The notes under the pieces are model-generated. The model had not been told where the DNA came from and did not search any database. It was given only the letters and a program-made list of their open reading frames with translations. DNA of 63,191 nt, filler included, from Hausera hauseri (Eukaryota), in assembly GCA_046269625.1 (NCBI GenBank). It is 13 parts of 13 records of this genome, joined end to end, with 100 filler letters (N's around TTAATTAATTAA, not from the genome) between each part and the next. Parts side by side here need not be neighbours in the genome. Positions count along the whole stretch, not along the records: positions 44,618 to 49,127 come from JBJURY010548341.1; positions 49,228 to 54,182 come from JBJURY010379813.1; positions 54,283 to 58,656 come from JBJURY010611444.1; positions 58,757 to 63,191 come from JBJURY010583223.1; 9 more parts are not named here. One strand, given 5' to 3'. Positions 48,096-59,486 of this stretch are shown here, one piece after another. The first letter of the stretch is position 1. Every line of letters starts with the position of its first letter. The position numbers and the translations under genes are program-made.

Positions 48096-49127
48096 ATGGC
48101 TCAATCAGTTACTAAAGATACAATAACAAAACTGAACTCCGAGAACTATGCGACCTGGAAGTTCAAGATCCAAATGCTACTAATGTGCGATGGACTAGAC
48201 GATATTATTAACTCTCCCCCACCGGAGAATCCTGATGAAGCATTTCTAAAAAAGGACAAACAAACGCGAGCTATCATAAATCTGTGTATAGATGATTCTC
48301 AAATCATACACGTTAGAAACGAAACTACCGCTGCCGGAACTTGGCAAAAGTTAAAATCTGTACATGAGCGTTCCAATTTAAGCAGCAAATTATATTTGTT
48401 AAGAAAATTGTATTCAATCAAAATGCCGATACATGGGAATATGGTAGAACATATTACGCACATGATGGATCTAGTCGAAAAACTAAAGGCTATCGGTGAG
48501 AATATTCCCGACCAACATGTAGCTGCACTCCTACTAGTGTCAATCCCAGAATCTTACAATAATTTAATCACTGCTCTAGAAGCAAGAGATGAGAGCCTCA
48601 TAACTACGGACCTAGTTAAAGCGAAATTAGTCGACGAATACAATAGAAGGTCAGAACAACAAGCTGATAGAAATTCTAATACTTCGACAGCTTTTAAATC
48701 TGCATTAAATGCAAGAAATTTTAATAATAAGAAAGCAGAGAAATTTTGCAGCTTTTGTAAGCGCAACGGACATACTCGAGATCGCTGTTTTAAATTACAA
48801 AATAAAAACAATGTTTATCCCAATAATGCGAAATCAGAAGAACGCGTGACCAAATATGGCGGCAAATCGGACCGATATTGCATGACCGCAAAAAGTTTTA
48901 ACTCGAGCGTCAGCCAGATTTCTTTGGCGCCAGATGGGAAAAATATTTACACTAAAGGATTAATTATAACGCCGGAACTTTCGGATATTTTGCAAATCGA
49001 TAAACAATGTTTGTACATTGATTCAGGTGCAAGTTGTCATCTTCTTTCTGATGAGAATTTATTCACAGAATTAAAATATGAACATTCACCAGCAAAAGTA
49101 ATCCTCGCAAATGGAAAGATTTTATTT
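48096..49127 (+). CDS. gag: Copia Gag plus start of protease (second, tandem copy; partial)
   Basis: KLNSENYATWKFKI, W.KLKSVHE, LLVSIPESY, CSFCKRNGHTRDRC, then the same LQIDKQCLYIDSGASCH as at 44635. Confidence 0.93.
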
Positions 49128-49227
49128 NNNNNNNNNNNNNNNNNNNNNNNNNNNNNNNNNNNNNNNNNNNNTTAATTAATTAANNNNNNNNNNNNNNNNN
49201 NNNNNNNNNNNNNNNNNNNNNNNNNNN

Positions 49228-50285
49228 TTTTGTTCGGGGTTGCTGGGAATCCATTCGTGTTCCCACTTTAATCCAGCATTTATATCCCTTAGATATTAGG
49301 ATCTTTGATTAGCGGTCAACACCCTGCTTATTTTTATATTTCCTCCGGTCATGGCCTTTACCATTAACTTAAAACGGCCTCTCACGGTGGTTGGTAGATG
49401 ACCCTTCTTCTCTTCAACCTTAATTCCCATTTGTCTCATAACTGTCGGGTGGGTTTCTATCTCTCTCACTCCGGCTATATGCGTTACCTGTATGGCTAAT
49501 TTCTTTATCATCCTCTCTACTTGATACCCCACTAAGATGTATCCATAGAGGCATTGTGCTACTTCTTGTTGCACTAATTTGGAATCCTTTCCATGATTTA
49601 ATTGCTCTCTTTTAATACCGGTAACTTTTGCATAAGTTTCTAGCACTTTCTTTCTCGGGTTAATGATTTTCAAATAAACCTCTGTCCCGTTTTCTTCTCG
49701 GATGGATATTTCGATCGGAATATAATTTCCCTCTTCTCCTTCCCCCTAGTTTATTGCGACAATCCTGAGATTCCTTTCATCGGCTACCAATCTAAATGAA
49801 TGTAGATGTGCGTCCTGTTCTTCTTCCTTGGGCCTTTGTCTGAACTCTAAGGGCGGCAATGAGACGGTTATTATCTCCTCTTCAGTAGTCTCGATCATCA
49901 TCTTTACAGGTAAGGCGGCCACACGAAATTCCAGTTCTTAGTTATGGAAATTTCTTCTGTCAAATATGAATGTGCTGAAATAGCTTTGCCTTCCTTGGAA
50001 AGAGTCCCATTTTTGATCTTTCAATCGATAATAAATTTCTCCGTCGGCCAGGTGTACATATATCTTCTGTTCTTTATCCGTTTGATACTGAGTGATCTGT
50101 TTGAAGGGGTATGCCTTAGCATCCTTGTCTTCCCTCCATGCGTACAAGTATACCGCTCTGGCCTCCTCGATTGTACCTTTTAACCCATTTGGTATCTCGC
50201 CAACTTTCCCATACTGAACGAAGCTCTTTCCTTGTAACTCCGTATTGATTTGCCTATAGATGGCCTTTGAATTCGGGATCCGCAC
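49228..50285 (-). pseudogene. Accessory ORF ending in a degenerate REX4/ISG20-like DEDDh exonuclease-fold domain
   Basis: ORFs 49938-50285 and 49296-49673 share one frame with two stops. IVAIN*..IEISIREENGTEVYLKIINPRKKVLETYAKVTGIKREQLNHG..VQQEVAQCLYGYILVGY follows the REX4-type pattern, but catalytic acidic residues are not evident. Confidence 0.55.
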
Positions 50286-50331
50286 TGTTACATATCGCTG
50301 TAAAATTCGTCGATACTAAGTCGACTTGTGT

Positions 50332-52010
50332 TTTCTAGTTTCATCAGCGTATGTTCGATATCTTTTAAGTGTTCCTCTTCTGTTCTCGATGCTATTATCA
50401 CATCGTCTAAGTACGCAAAAGCATGATCCAATCCCATTAACATTTTGTTCATCATTCTTGTAAATATGGCTGGTCCAGTAGTAATGCCGAATGGCATGAC
50501 ATTAAACTGATAAACACCATCGTGCGTTTTAAAAGCTGTCTTATAGCGATCTTCGTCTTCTATCTCCACTTGCCAATATTCGGATTGTAAATCCAGAGTG
50601 GTAAACCATTTTGCTCCTAAGAGACGGTCTAAAGCCTCTTTGACCGACGGTAGTGGGAAGGAATCCTTCATCATAAGATTATTCAAGGCTCTGTAATCAA
50701 TACAAAATCGATGTTTGGTGGTACCTTTTTTTAACCATGAGGATTCGTGAATACCAAGATCTATAGCTAGGTCTGATTATATGGGCTTTAAGTATTCGTT
50801 CAACTTCCTTCGTTATCTCGGGCCTTAATGAATGCGGCGGAGGATACCATTTTGGCATCTTTTGGTCTTTCAAGTCTATTTCCTCGTTTGACCCTGGCTT
50901 TTCCTTGAGTGGAATAGTTAGTTTTAAGGCTTTCGCTCTACCGATATCTTTTTCGTCTTTTGCAATAATCGATTTATATCGGCATAACAATTCGTAGAAT
51001 CGGCAATAAGACTCAGGTGAAAACTTAATTTCAACATGAGGTGGAAATTCGGTATACTTGTAAGGTTTTTCTTCGATAGTTATTGACGATACTCTATACG
51101 TGTCTCCTAAAGTAGTATAAGCATGGAGCTTGACATGAGTTTGCGCGTCATTAACTATTCTGATTGGTACTCGGCCGGAGTGTACTTTCGTTAATACACT
51201 GCTGAGTAATATATTCCGATCTAACGTATCTCTCGGTTTAAAATATACTGGTAGATCATCATCTTGCTGTATCTGGGCATAAATTATCATTTCTGTTCTT
51301 GGTGGAATGTTTTCGTCAAATAGTATCCACACTTCTCCAAATTTTTTATCCTTACGGCTTTTCCCGCCTTTATTTGGCCTGATTTCTATCAGCTTCCCTG
51401 TTTGTAAGTCAGTTGCTATATTTGGCAATCTTTTCAGTAGATCACATCCTAGAACTATGTCGTCGGTTAATTGTTCCATAACCGCAAATTCATGCCGGAA
51501 AAATTGTCCAACGAATTGAACTTCTGGGTTCCATTTAAACATCGGTTTCGACATTTCACCAAAAGCTCCTGTACTTCCTGGATCTTTTGCAGATGGAGAA
51601 TATAATTGTCCTCTTAGAGTTTGTGGTATTGAATCATTTTTAGTGTAAGACATTTCCGATCCTGTATCGATTAAGGCATAAACTTCCCAATCTTCAATAA
51701 TGATTTTGGCGAAGGGTCTCCCTTCTATTACTGTTCCGAAAGAGTTCGGTGTATCCTTTGAGCGTTTCGCCACCGATATTTTGTGTCCATTAATTCGGAT
51801 TTCGGGAGAGGCTACTATATTCTCCGATAATTCTCTTAATTCTTCATTTGGGTATAATTCGTTGTTTTCTATGTGTACTTCTTCCGCTTCATGTGTACTG
51901 ATTAATGGTTCTCGATTATTAGTATGTAATTCAGTATTCTGGAAAGTTTTTAACCTTGGATTATCCCAAACCGTTGATATAGTTTTTATGTTTCGAGGTT
52001 CTTTCGGAGA
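50332..52010 (-). pseudogene. pol: Gypsy protease + RT (truncated after YLDD) downstream of the glycoprotein
   Basis: ALIDTGSE, dUTPase-like spacer, DSFPLP, TLDLQSEYWQV, MPFGIT, AYLDDVII; homology ends at about 50332. Confidence 0.92.
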
Positions 52011-52083
52011 TTACAACATCTTTGGACCGTCTGTGGATTGTCGGTAACACATTTACCGTAGGATTCCGTAACGTTTCGTTCCT

Positions 52084-54182
52084 TCATAAGGATCTTCTAC
52101 GTTTATTGTTTTCCGTCTGATATGAACTCATAGATCGTTTGTCACAATCTTCATAGAATGGAGAGGTAGGAGGTAACATGGGCAATGGTGCTTTAACGAC
52201 AGAGTACATCTTATGTCTATTTAATCCTGAAAGTACTTCTCCTCCCTTAGGCTCGTCATCATCTGAATTATTTCTTCGTAAATTGGGTTTTGAAAATTTC
52301 TGATTCCTGAAGAATATGGGTCTTTCTTTTCGTTTACCACTATAATAGCCGACATGGTGTTCTACGTCCGATTTCCATCTATTTTCTGCGTATGCTTTTA
52401 AGAATTTTCCAAAGGGTGTTATGATTGCCGTCAATGCCTTACATAAAAATCCAGTCAATATAAATAGTTCATTGCCATTTATTACCTCTTGGATGACTGC
52501 TTTAATCATGTGTATCAAGAAGTGTATCGCTAAAAATCCGGATGCAGCTTGTCCGAATATCAGAAAATTTCCCCACATTTTGTAAAGTATTTTGTTTGCT
52601 ACTCTCTGATGATGATTCACATCGAGTAAAGATTCCCATTTAGCTTGATATCGGGTGTCGTCTACTACAGACGCCATGGCTCGATTTAGCTCATGTGTTC
52701 GTTGTCGTGGAAAGGCAAGGAATTATCTGAAAGCCTCAATTTCCCTCGGTCTATATATGCCTTTTAAGGAAGTGTTTTAAAATTTATTGTCTGTAATTCT
52801 TTTTGCGAGATTTGTTCCTGTTAATTTATTTGGAGCGGCAATAATACATCCATTTGGCAAGCTGACCCAGTCTGTCTCACTACGTCTAAACCTAGGTTCT
52901 CCTAAGTTTGCCTTGCAATTTTTAAGGATGGTTGATTGGGTAGCATTATCCAGTAACACTCTCGTCAGCAGTGTAGCTAACCTCGGAATATTTTGGCAGA
53001 TAACAGGAAGTTCCTGGATGCAATGTTTTTCTTCTACGCTCATGGGTACATCTCTCTTTTCACATTCATAAGTTAGCAATACTTCGCCTGTAACCCTACC
53101 AAAAATTCCTTCTCTGATGGGAATTATTGGAGAAGCTAATTCTGGATTTGCTTATATCAGAGACATTTTAGTTCTCATGATTTCTGTATCCAATTTGCAG
53201 TCATTCATTATCATTTTGTGACATAATTCTGTTATTCCAACTTGTCCTTTATAATAGAAGTAATCATCTCTATTTTTCAAGTAATCTTCGATGCGGACAT
53301 CCTATGTTTCTAACTTTTACGTTTTCGCACTTATCTGCGTTTCTGCGATGAAAAAGGCTTCACAGTTTGTAGCGAACATCACTACATCGCATCGAGAGAT
53401 CATCTCTTTTTTAATAAACTTCAACCCATGTTGATCCGAAATTAATATAGTAGGTGTAGCGTGTACTGATACATCTTCACGTGTCCTCGAATTGGTTTCT
53501 GACTTGTCCACATATCGTTTTCCTGTAGTCTCATTGAACTTTAGTTTTTTAATTTTAATAAAATTAAAATTTCTACCAGGAAGGAGGTTCCAATATTATA
53601 ACCGAACTTCTAAAAGCACAGGTTCCATCTTGTAAATGACATTTCTGATTTTCAGTGTATAATTTAGTGACACTGAGGAACATTACCTTCTGTAATCGCA
53701 TTTCTGATTCGTAGAAATCCACAACCACCACGTTTGATTCTAAACTTCTTCCGGTGTCGTATTCGGCTCCATTACAATGTCCACTATGCATATCTAGTCT
53801 TCCGGCTACTACTTTGTATGCCCTGATTATTTTCTCTGGCTGCATCTCCAATTGCATACTGTCCTATTATATTCTCCCAGTTTCCTTTGCTTGCTTGCAG
53901 TGTTGACGTTCTAAGTTCACTGGGCTGTTGGTTTGATTATAAATGAGTGTCCATGAACCAACCCACAGTGAAAAATGCTACGTGATCATCTCAACATGCA
54001 TTCCATTCCATCTAGCGATATCAACTCTTGTTGCTGATACAGGAAATAATTTTTTTCTTTTGTCTTTAATTTGTGTGGTCTAGCATCTTCGCATACTTCC
54101 AGATCCACTAAGGAATATCTCTGTCCTAGCTTAAACTTATCACAGTCGTAGACAGTTACAGCGCCTATGTGCTTAATTATCA
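52084..54182 (-). pseudogene. Chuvirus-like glycoprotein, nearly complete, with TM and cytoplasmic tail
   Basis: AVTVYDCDKFKLGQRYSLVDLEVC through CIQELPV, TRVL, GIY, MWGNFLIFGQAASGFLAIHFLIHMI; same family as 43231-44517. Confidence 0.82.
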
Positions 54183-54282
54183 NNNNNNNNNNNNNNNNNN
54201 NNNNNNNNNNNNNNNNNNNNNNNNNNTTAATTAATTAANNNNNNNNNNNNNNNNNNNNNNNNNNNNNNNNNNNNNNNNNNNN

Positions 54283-56300
54283 TTAATGCACGGACATTCG
54301 TCAATAATCACACCAACTATCCCTCCAATTTCGATGAACTTAGAATGCCAGCACTGCAAACAGGCTAAGGAGACTGGAAGAGTACAATGGGACAGTATGG
54401 AATTTGAAATGCAATCAGGAAAGATAATTATGGCATATAAGGTAGTGGTCGGAAGGTTAGACATGCATAACGGACATTGTAATGGGGCGGAATACGACAC
54501 CGGAAAAGGATTACAAGCAAACGTAGTGGTCGGGGATTTCTATGAATCAGAGATGGGAGCACAAAAAGTGATTTTCCATAGTGTCACCAAATTATATACC
54601 GAGAATCAAAAACGTCATTTAAAAGACGGAACCTGTACTTTTAAAAGTTCTGTTATAATATAAAAACTTCTCTTCTAGACGAAACTGTAATTTTATCAAA
54701 ATTAACGAATTGAAGTTTAATGAAACTACAGGAAAGTGATATGTGGATAAATCTATTACCAACTCAAGGACACGCAAAGACGTATCAGAACATCCTACAC
54801 CCACTATATTAATCTCTAATCAGCATGGACTAAAATTTATTAAGAAAGAAATGATTTCTCGTTGTGAAATAGTGATGCTCGCTACTAACTATGAGGCGTT
54901 TTTCGTCTCCGAGACAAAAATAAATGAGAAGACTTACAAGTTAGAAACGCAAAATATTTGAATTGAGAATTATCTAAAAAACAGAGACGATTATTTCTAT
55001 TACAAAGGGCAAGTCGGTATAACCGAGTTATGACATAAAATGAGAACAAATGAATGTAAATTGGATATGGAAATCATGAGGACAAAACTGGCTCTTATTT
55101 ACGCTAATCCCGAGTTAGCATCCCCAATAATTCCTATGAGAGAAGGAATTTTTGGACGATTTACTGATGAAATCTTACTGACTCATGAATGTGAGAAAAG
55201 AGACGTACCAATCAATGTAGAAAAAAACGATGTATACAGGAACTTCCCGTTATTTATCAGAACACTCCACGATTAGCCATGCCGTTTACTAGGGTATTGT
55301 TAGATAACGCGACTCAGCCAACGATCCTTAAAGACTGTAAGGCAAGCTTAGGAGAACCAATGTTTAGACTTAGGGAAACAGATTGGAATAGTATGCCAAA
55401 TGAGGTATTACTGCCGTTCCGAATAAATTACCGGGGACAAATTTCGCGAAAGGGATTACCGACGACTAATTCCAAGATACCTCTCAAAAGGGTATATATA
55501 GGCCCAAAGAGACTGAAGCCTTCAGGCAATTCCTCGCCTTCCCACAACAACGGACACATGAATTAAATCAAGCCATGGCATCAGTAGTAGAAGATACTCG
55601 CTATCAGGCTAAATGAGAATCCCTGATCGAAGTAAACCATTACCAACGGGTAACTACAGAAATACTCTAAAAAATTTTGGGAAGGTTTTTGATTTTTGGA
55701 CAAGCCACATTTGGATTTTTAGCGATATATTTCTTGATTCAATTAATTAATGCAGTCATTCAAGCGGTAATAAACGGATATGAAATATTTACATTGACTG
55801 GATTTTCATGCAAAATTTTAACGACAGTTATAACACCATTCGAAAAGTTTTTTAAGGCCTACGAAGAAAACAGATGGAAATTAGACGTAGAACGCCATGT
55901 CGGATATCATAATCGTAAAGGAAAAGGAAAACCGATGTTCTTGTACAAGCGGAAATTCAAGAAATCTAATATACGGAGAAATAATTCAGATGTCGACGAG
56001 CCTTATGGAGGAGAAGTACCTTCGAGAACAAATTGGCATAATGCGTATTCCATTATCAAAGCACCGTTGCTTATGCTACCCCCTACTGCTCCAGAAGATT
56101 GTAATAAGCGTTCAATGATCTCATATCAGATAGAAGTATATAAGAGGACAATTAGCTTGGGGGACCCATATGAAGGGAAAAAACGGTATGGAATTTTGCT
56201 GAAAATGTGCTATCGACCGCCGATGGATGATCCTACAATCTTGTACTCTCCACGGGAACCCCGAAACATAGAAACGAGACCACCTGTCTGGGAAAATTGA
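54283..56300 (+). pseudogene. Chuvirus-like glycoprotein with TM and tail
   Basis: HGHSSII, GHCNG, CKLDMEIMRTKLALIYANP, FLIFGQATFGFLAIYFLIQLI. The tail is in frame with the protease ORF at 56418. Confidence 0.82.
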
Positions 56301-56417
56301 AGGTTACAGACCTTCCAAAATATAGAATTCCACACTAATAATCGAGAACCATTAATTAGTACACATGAAGCAGAAGAATTGAACATCTAAAATAATGAAT
56401 TATACCCAAATGGTGAG

Positions 56418-58340
56418 TTGAGACAGCTAACCGAGAATATAATATCCTCTCCGGAAATCACGATAAATGGTCACAAGATATCGGCAACAAAACGTCCTAA
56501 AGCGGCGTCAAACTGGTTCGGGGCAGTAATAGAGGGAATGCCCTTCGCCAAAATTATTATTGAAAATTGGAAAGCGTATGCATTAATCGATACAGGTTCT
56601 GAGATGTCTTACATTAAAAACGACTCAATTCCCGAAACTTTAAAAAAGACAGTTATATCCGCCGTCAGCAAAAGATTCCGAAAGAACAGGAGCTTCATGT
56701 CAATTGTCAAAACCAATGTTCAAATGTAACCCAGAACTTCAAATATTTGGACAGATTTTCGATCACGAATTTGTAGTTATGGAACAATTAACTGATGACG
56801 TAGTCTTGGGGTGTGATGTATTAAAAAGACTATCAAATATAGCAATTGACTTGCAAACCGGAAGATTAATAGAAATCAGGCCAGATAAACGCATAAAAAT
56901 GCTAAGGATAGGAAATTTGGAGAAGTGTGGATACCGGTAGATGAAAATATTCCACCGAGAAAGGAGATAATAATTTACGCACAAATTCAGCAAGATGACG
57001 ATCAGCCAGTATATTTTGAACAAAAGGAAACATTAAATCCAAATATAGCGCTCAGTAACGTACTGACAAGAGTACACTCCGGTAGTATACCAATAAGGAT
57101 AGCAAACAACGCACGTAACCCCGTAAAGCTTTATGCTTATACTACTCTAAGAGATACGTTAAAAGTGTCGTCTATAACTATTGAAGAAAAGCCTTACAAG
57201 TATGCCGAATTTCCACTTCATGTTGAAACTAAGTTATCTCCAGAATTTTACTGTCGATTCTACGAATTATTATATCGCTATAAATCGACTATTGCTAAGG
57301 ATGACGAGGATATCTATAGGTTTAAAGCATTAAAATTGACTGCTCCTCCCAAGAAAAAGCCTGGTTCGAATGAAGAAATAGATCTTGAAGATCAGAAGAT
57401 GCCGAAATGGTATCCTCCGCTACATTCCGAGATAACAAAAGAAGTCAAACGGATGCTAAAGGCCGATATAATTAAGCCCAGCTATCGATCTTGGTATTTA
57501 CCAATCCTCATGCTTAAAAAGAAAGGTGGTACGAAACATAGATTTTATATTGATTACAGAGCATTAAATAATCTTATGATGAAAAATTCCTTTCCATTGC
57601 CATTAGTAAAGGAAGCACTAGACAAACTCTCAGGAGCAAAATGGTTCACCACTCTAGACTTACAATCTGAATATTGGCAAGTAGACATCGAGGACAAAGA
57701 TCGATATAAAACCGCATTCAAAGCACACAATGACGTTTATGAATTCAATTTTATGCCATTTGGTATTACTACCTGGCCCGCTATCTTTACGAAAATGATG
57801 AAAAAAATGTTAATGGGATTAGATCACGCCTTTGCATATTTAGATGATGTGATAATTGCGTTAAGAACAGAAGAAAAACATTTAAAGGATATTGAACACT
57901 TCTTAATGAGACTAGAAAAGGCAAGACTAAAATTGAAGTTAAAGAAATGTAAATGGGCTCAAACGCATTATCCTATCTGTGCCATATAGTTGGAGAAGGA
58001 GGATCAAAACCAGATAAATTATTATTGAAAAAAATATCAGATTGCATAAAGCCACAAAATCAGAAAGAATTAAAGTACTGGCTAGGTCTTTGTGGATATT
58101 ATGCCACTTATGTACCAGATAACTCAAAAATAAATGCACCCTTATATCGTCTACTTAAAAAGGGAATTAAATGGAAATGGACAGACGTCGAACAAAAAGC
58201 TTTCAACGAGATAAAGAAGATATTAACAAGTGAACCAGTTTTATGATACCCGGACTTCAATTTACCATTCATAATTAAAGTAAAGAAGGTATTCGATATG
58301 AATTGGCTCAGAAACGAGATGAAGAATTAAAACTGTTGTC
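56418..58340 (+). pseudogene. pol: Gypsy protease, RT and start of RNase H
   Basis: ALIDTGSE, RFYIDYRALN, TLDLQSEYWQV, AYLDDVII, WLGLCGYY, W.WT..EQKAF..IK..LTSEPVL. Confidence 0.93.
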
Positions 58341-58756
58341 ATTGAAATAGTTGTGTGGATGTTGTACACGTGTATCAGCCGTTGGTCCTTGTGAATAGAT
58401 AATCAAATGAATAAATTTATAAACTTTTGCCAAGTTTTCTTGGTGCAACAAAACGTAATCCGAACATTTCGGTTGCACCAACAACATTTCGTAATTTTAT
58501 TTTGGAATGGAGTTTGTACAATTTGTTATGATACATAACTCATAACCTTTGTCAATCACTGTAGCAATATATTAAAAAGGATACTTCGTATTGAGATTCA
58601 AAAGGCTTTATTAACAACCTTCAAAATTGTATTTTTAAAAATTTTATTAGTTATCANNNNNNNNNNNNNNNNNNNNNNNNNNNNNNNNNNNNNNNNNNNN
58701 TTAATTAATTAANNNNNNNNNNNNNNNNNNNNNNNNNNNNNNNNNNNNNNNNNNNN

Positions 58757-59486
58757 TCTTGGTTCACGGGTAGTTTGCAACAGGGGTTTTGCGCACCTGC
58801 GCGAATAGAACAATATTCTATTTTCGGGGTTTGTCCACTTGCTGCTTTGAATGTGATGCTAATTTCTCGGTTGACAGTTAACTCTGTTTTGGCATCTACT
58901 TGGATGAATTGTTTTTGCTTGTTTATAGAGATTCTCCAAATATTTTCGTCTAATAGTCTCACATCCGGGTCAGTATATCGCAGCAATTCATTGGGTTTTA
59001 CTCCATGATGTCTGTTTCATGCAAGAATAACTAACTGAAATTGTGGTTTTACTTCAATATAAACTTCGGTTGAGTCTGGTAAGTATAGGCGATAGGCAAG
59101 ATTATAAGTACGCCCAAAATCTATGTCGCAACACTGCGTATTTTCTCCAGGCTCAAAATCAAAATTTTCGCTTCTTTTGTTATTACATCATATAAACCAA
59201 TTTGAAATCTTCCAAAATCGTGGTGCGGTTTCCAAGTCTTAAATCCAACACATACGGCGTTTGGTGAATAATAATGAATCGTCATTGATTGCAATAGTTT
59301 AGCACCTTCTTGTCTTCGGATATCTTCGACTGTTGGTTTCTTTTCCGTTTTAATCGGTTCCGATTTTGATTCGCTCTTCCGAATTCCGTATATATCTCCT
59401 AACGTAGGCTCATCGTGCCGCCATTGGGCTTGTGTTCTCGGAATATAAGAAGCAATTAGCGATAATGCTAAGACTATCTGAACGTA
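58757..59486 (-). pseudogene. Post-integrase ORF with signal-peptide-like start and CC motifs
   Basis: In the integrase frame, after KRYNLR..RPI*, comes YVQIVLALSLIASYIPRTQAQW. After a frameshift: GENTQCCDIDF and EYCSIRAGAQNPCCKLP; runs off the contig. Confidence 0.5.

Noticed and set aside
58441-58480. TGGTGCAAC...GTTGCACCA hairpin
   Set aside because: A single 9-bp inverted repeat with no supporting context.
49228-58656. Apparent large inverted repeat (glycoprotein-pol on minus, then on plus)
   Set aside because: Two diverged copies on separate contigs, placed back to back by concatenation.
4310-58756. Gene neighbourhoods across N blocks, the recurring TTAATTAATTAA, and ORFs ending in X-runs + LIN
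   Set aside because: Artificial joins between independent contigs.
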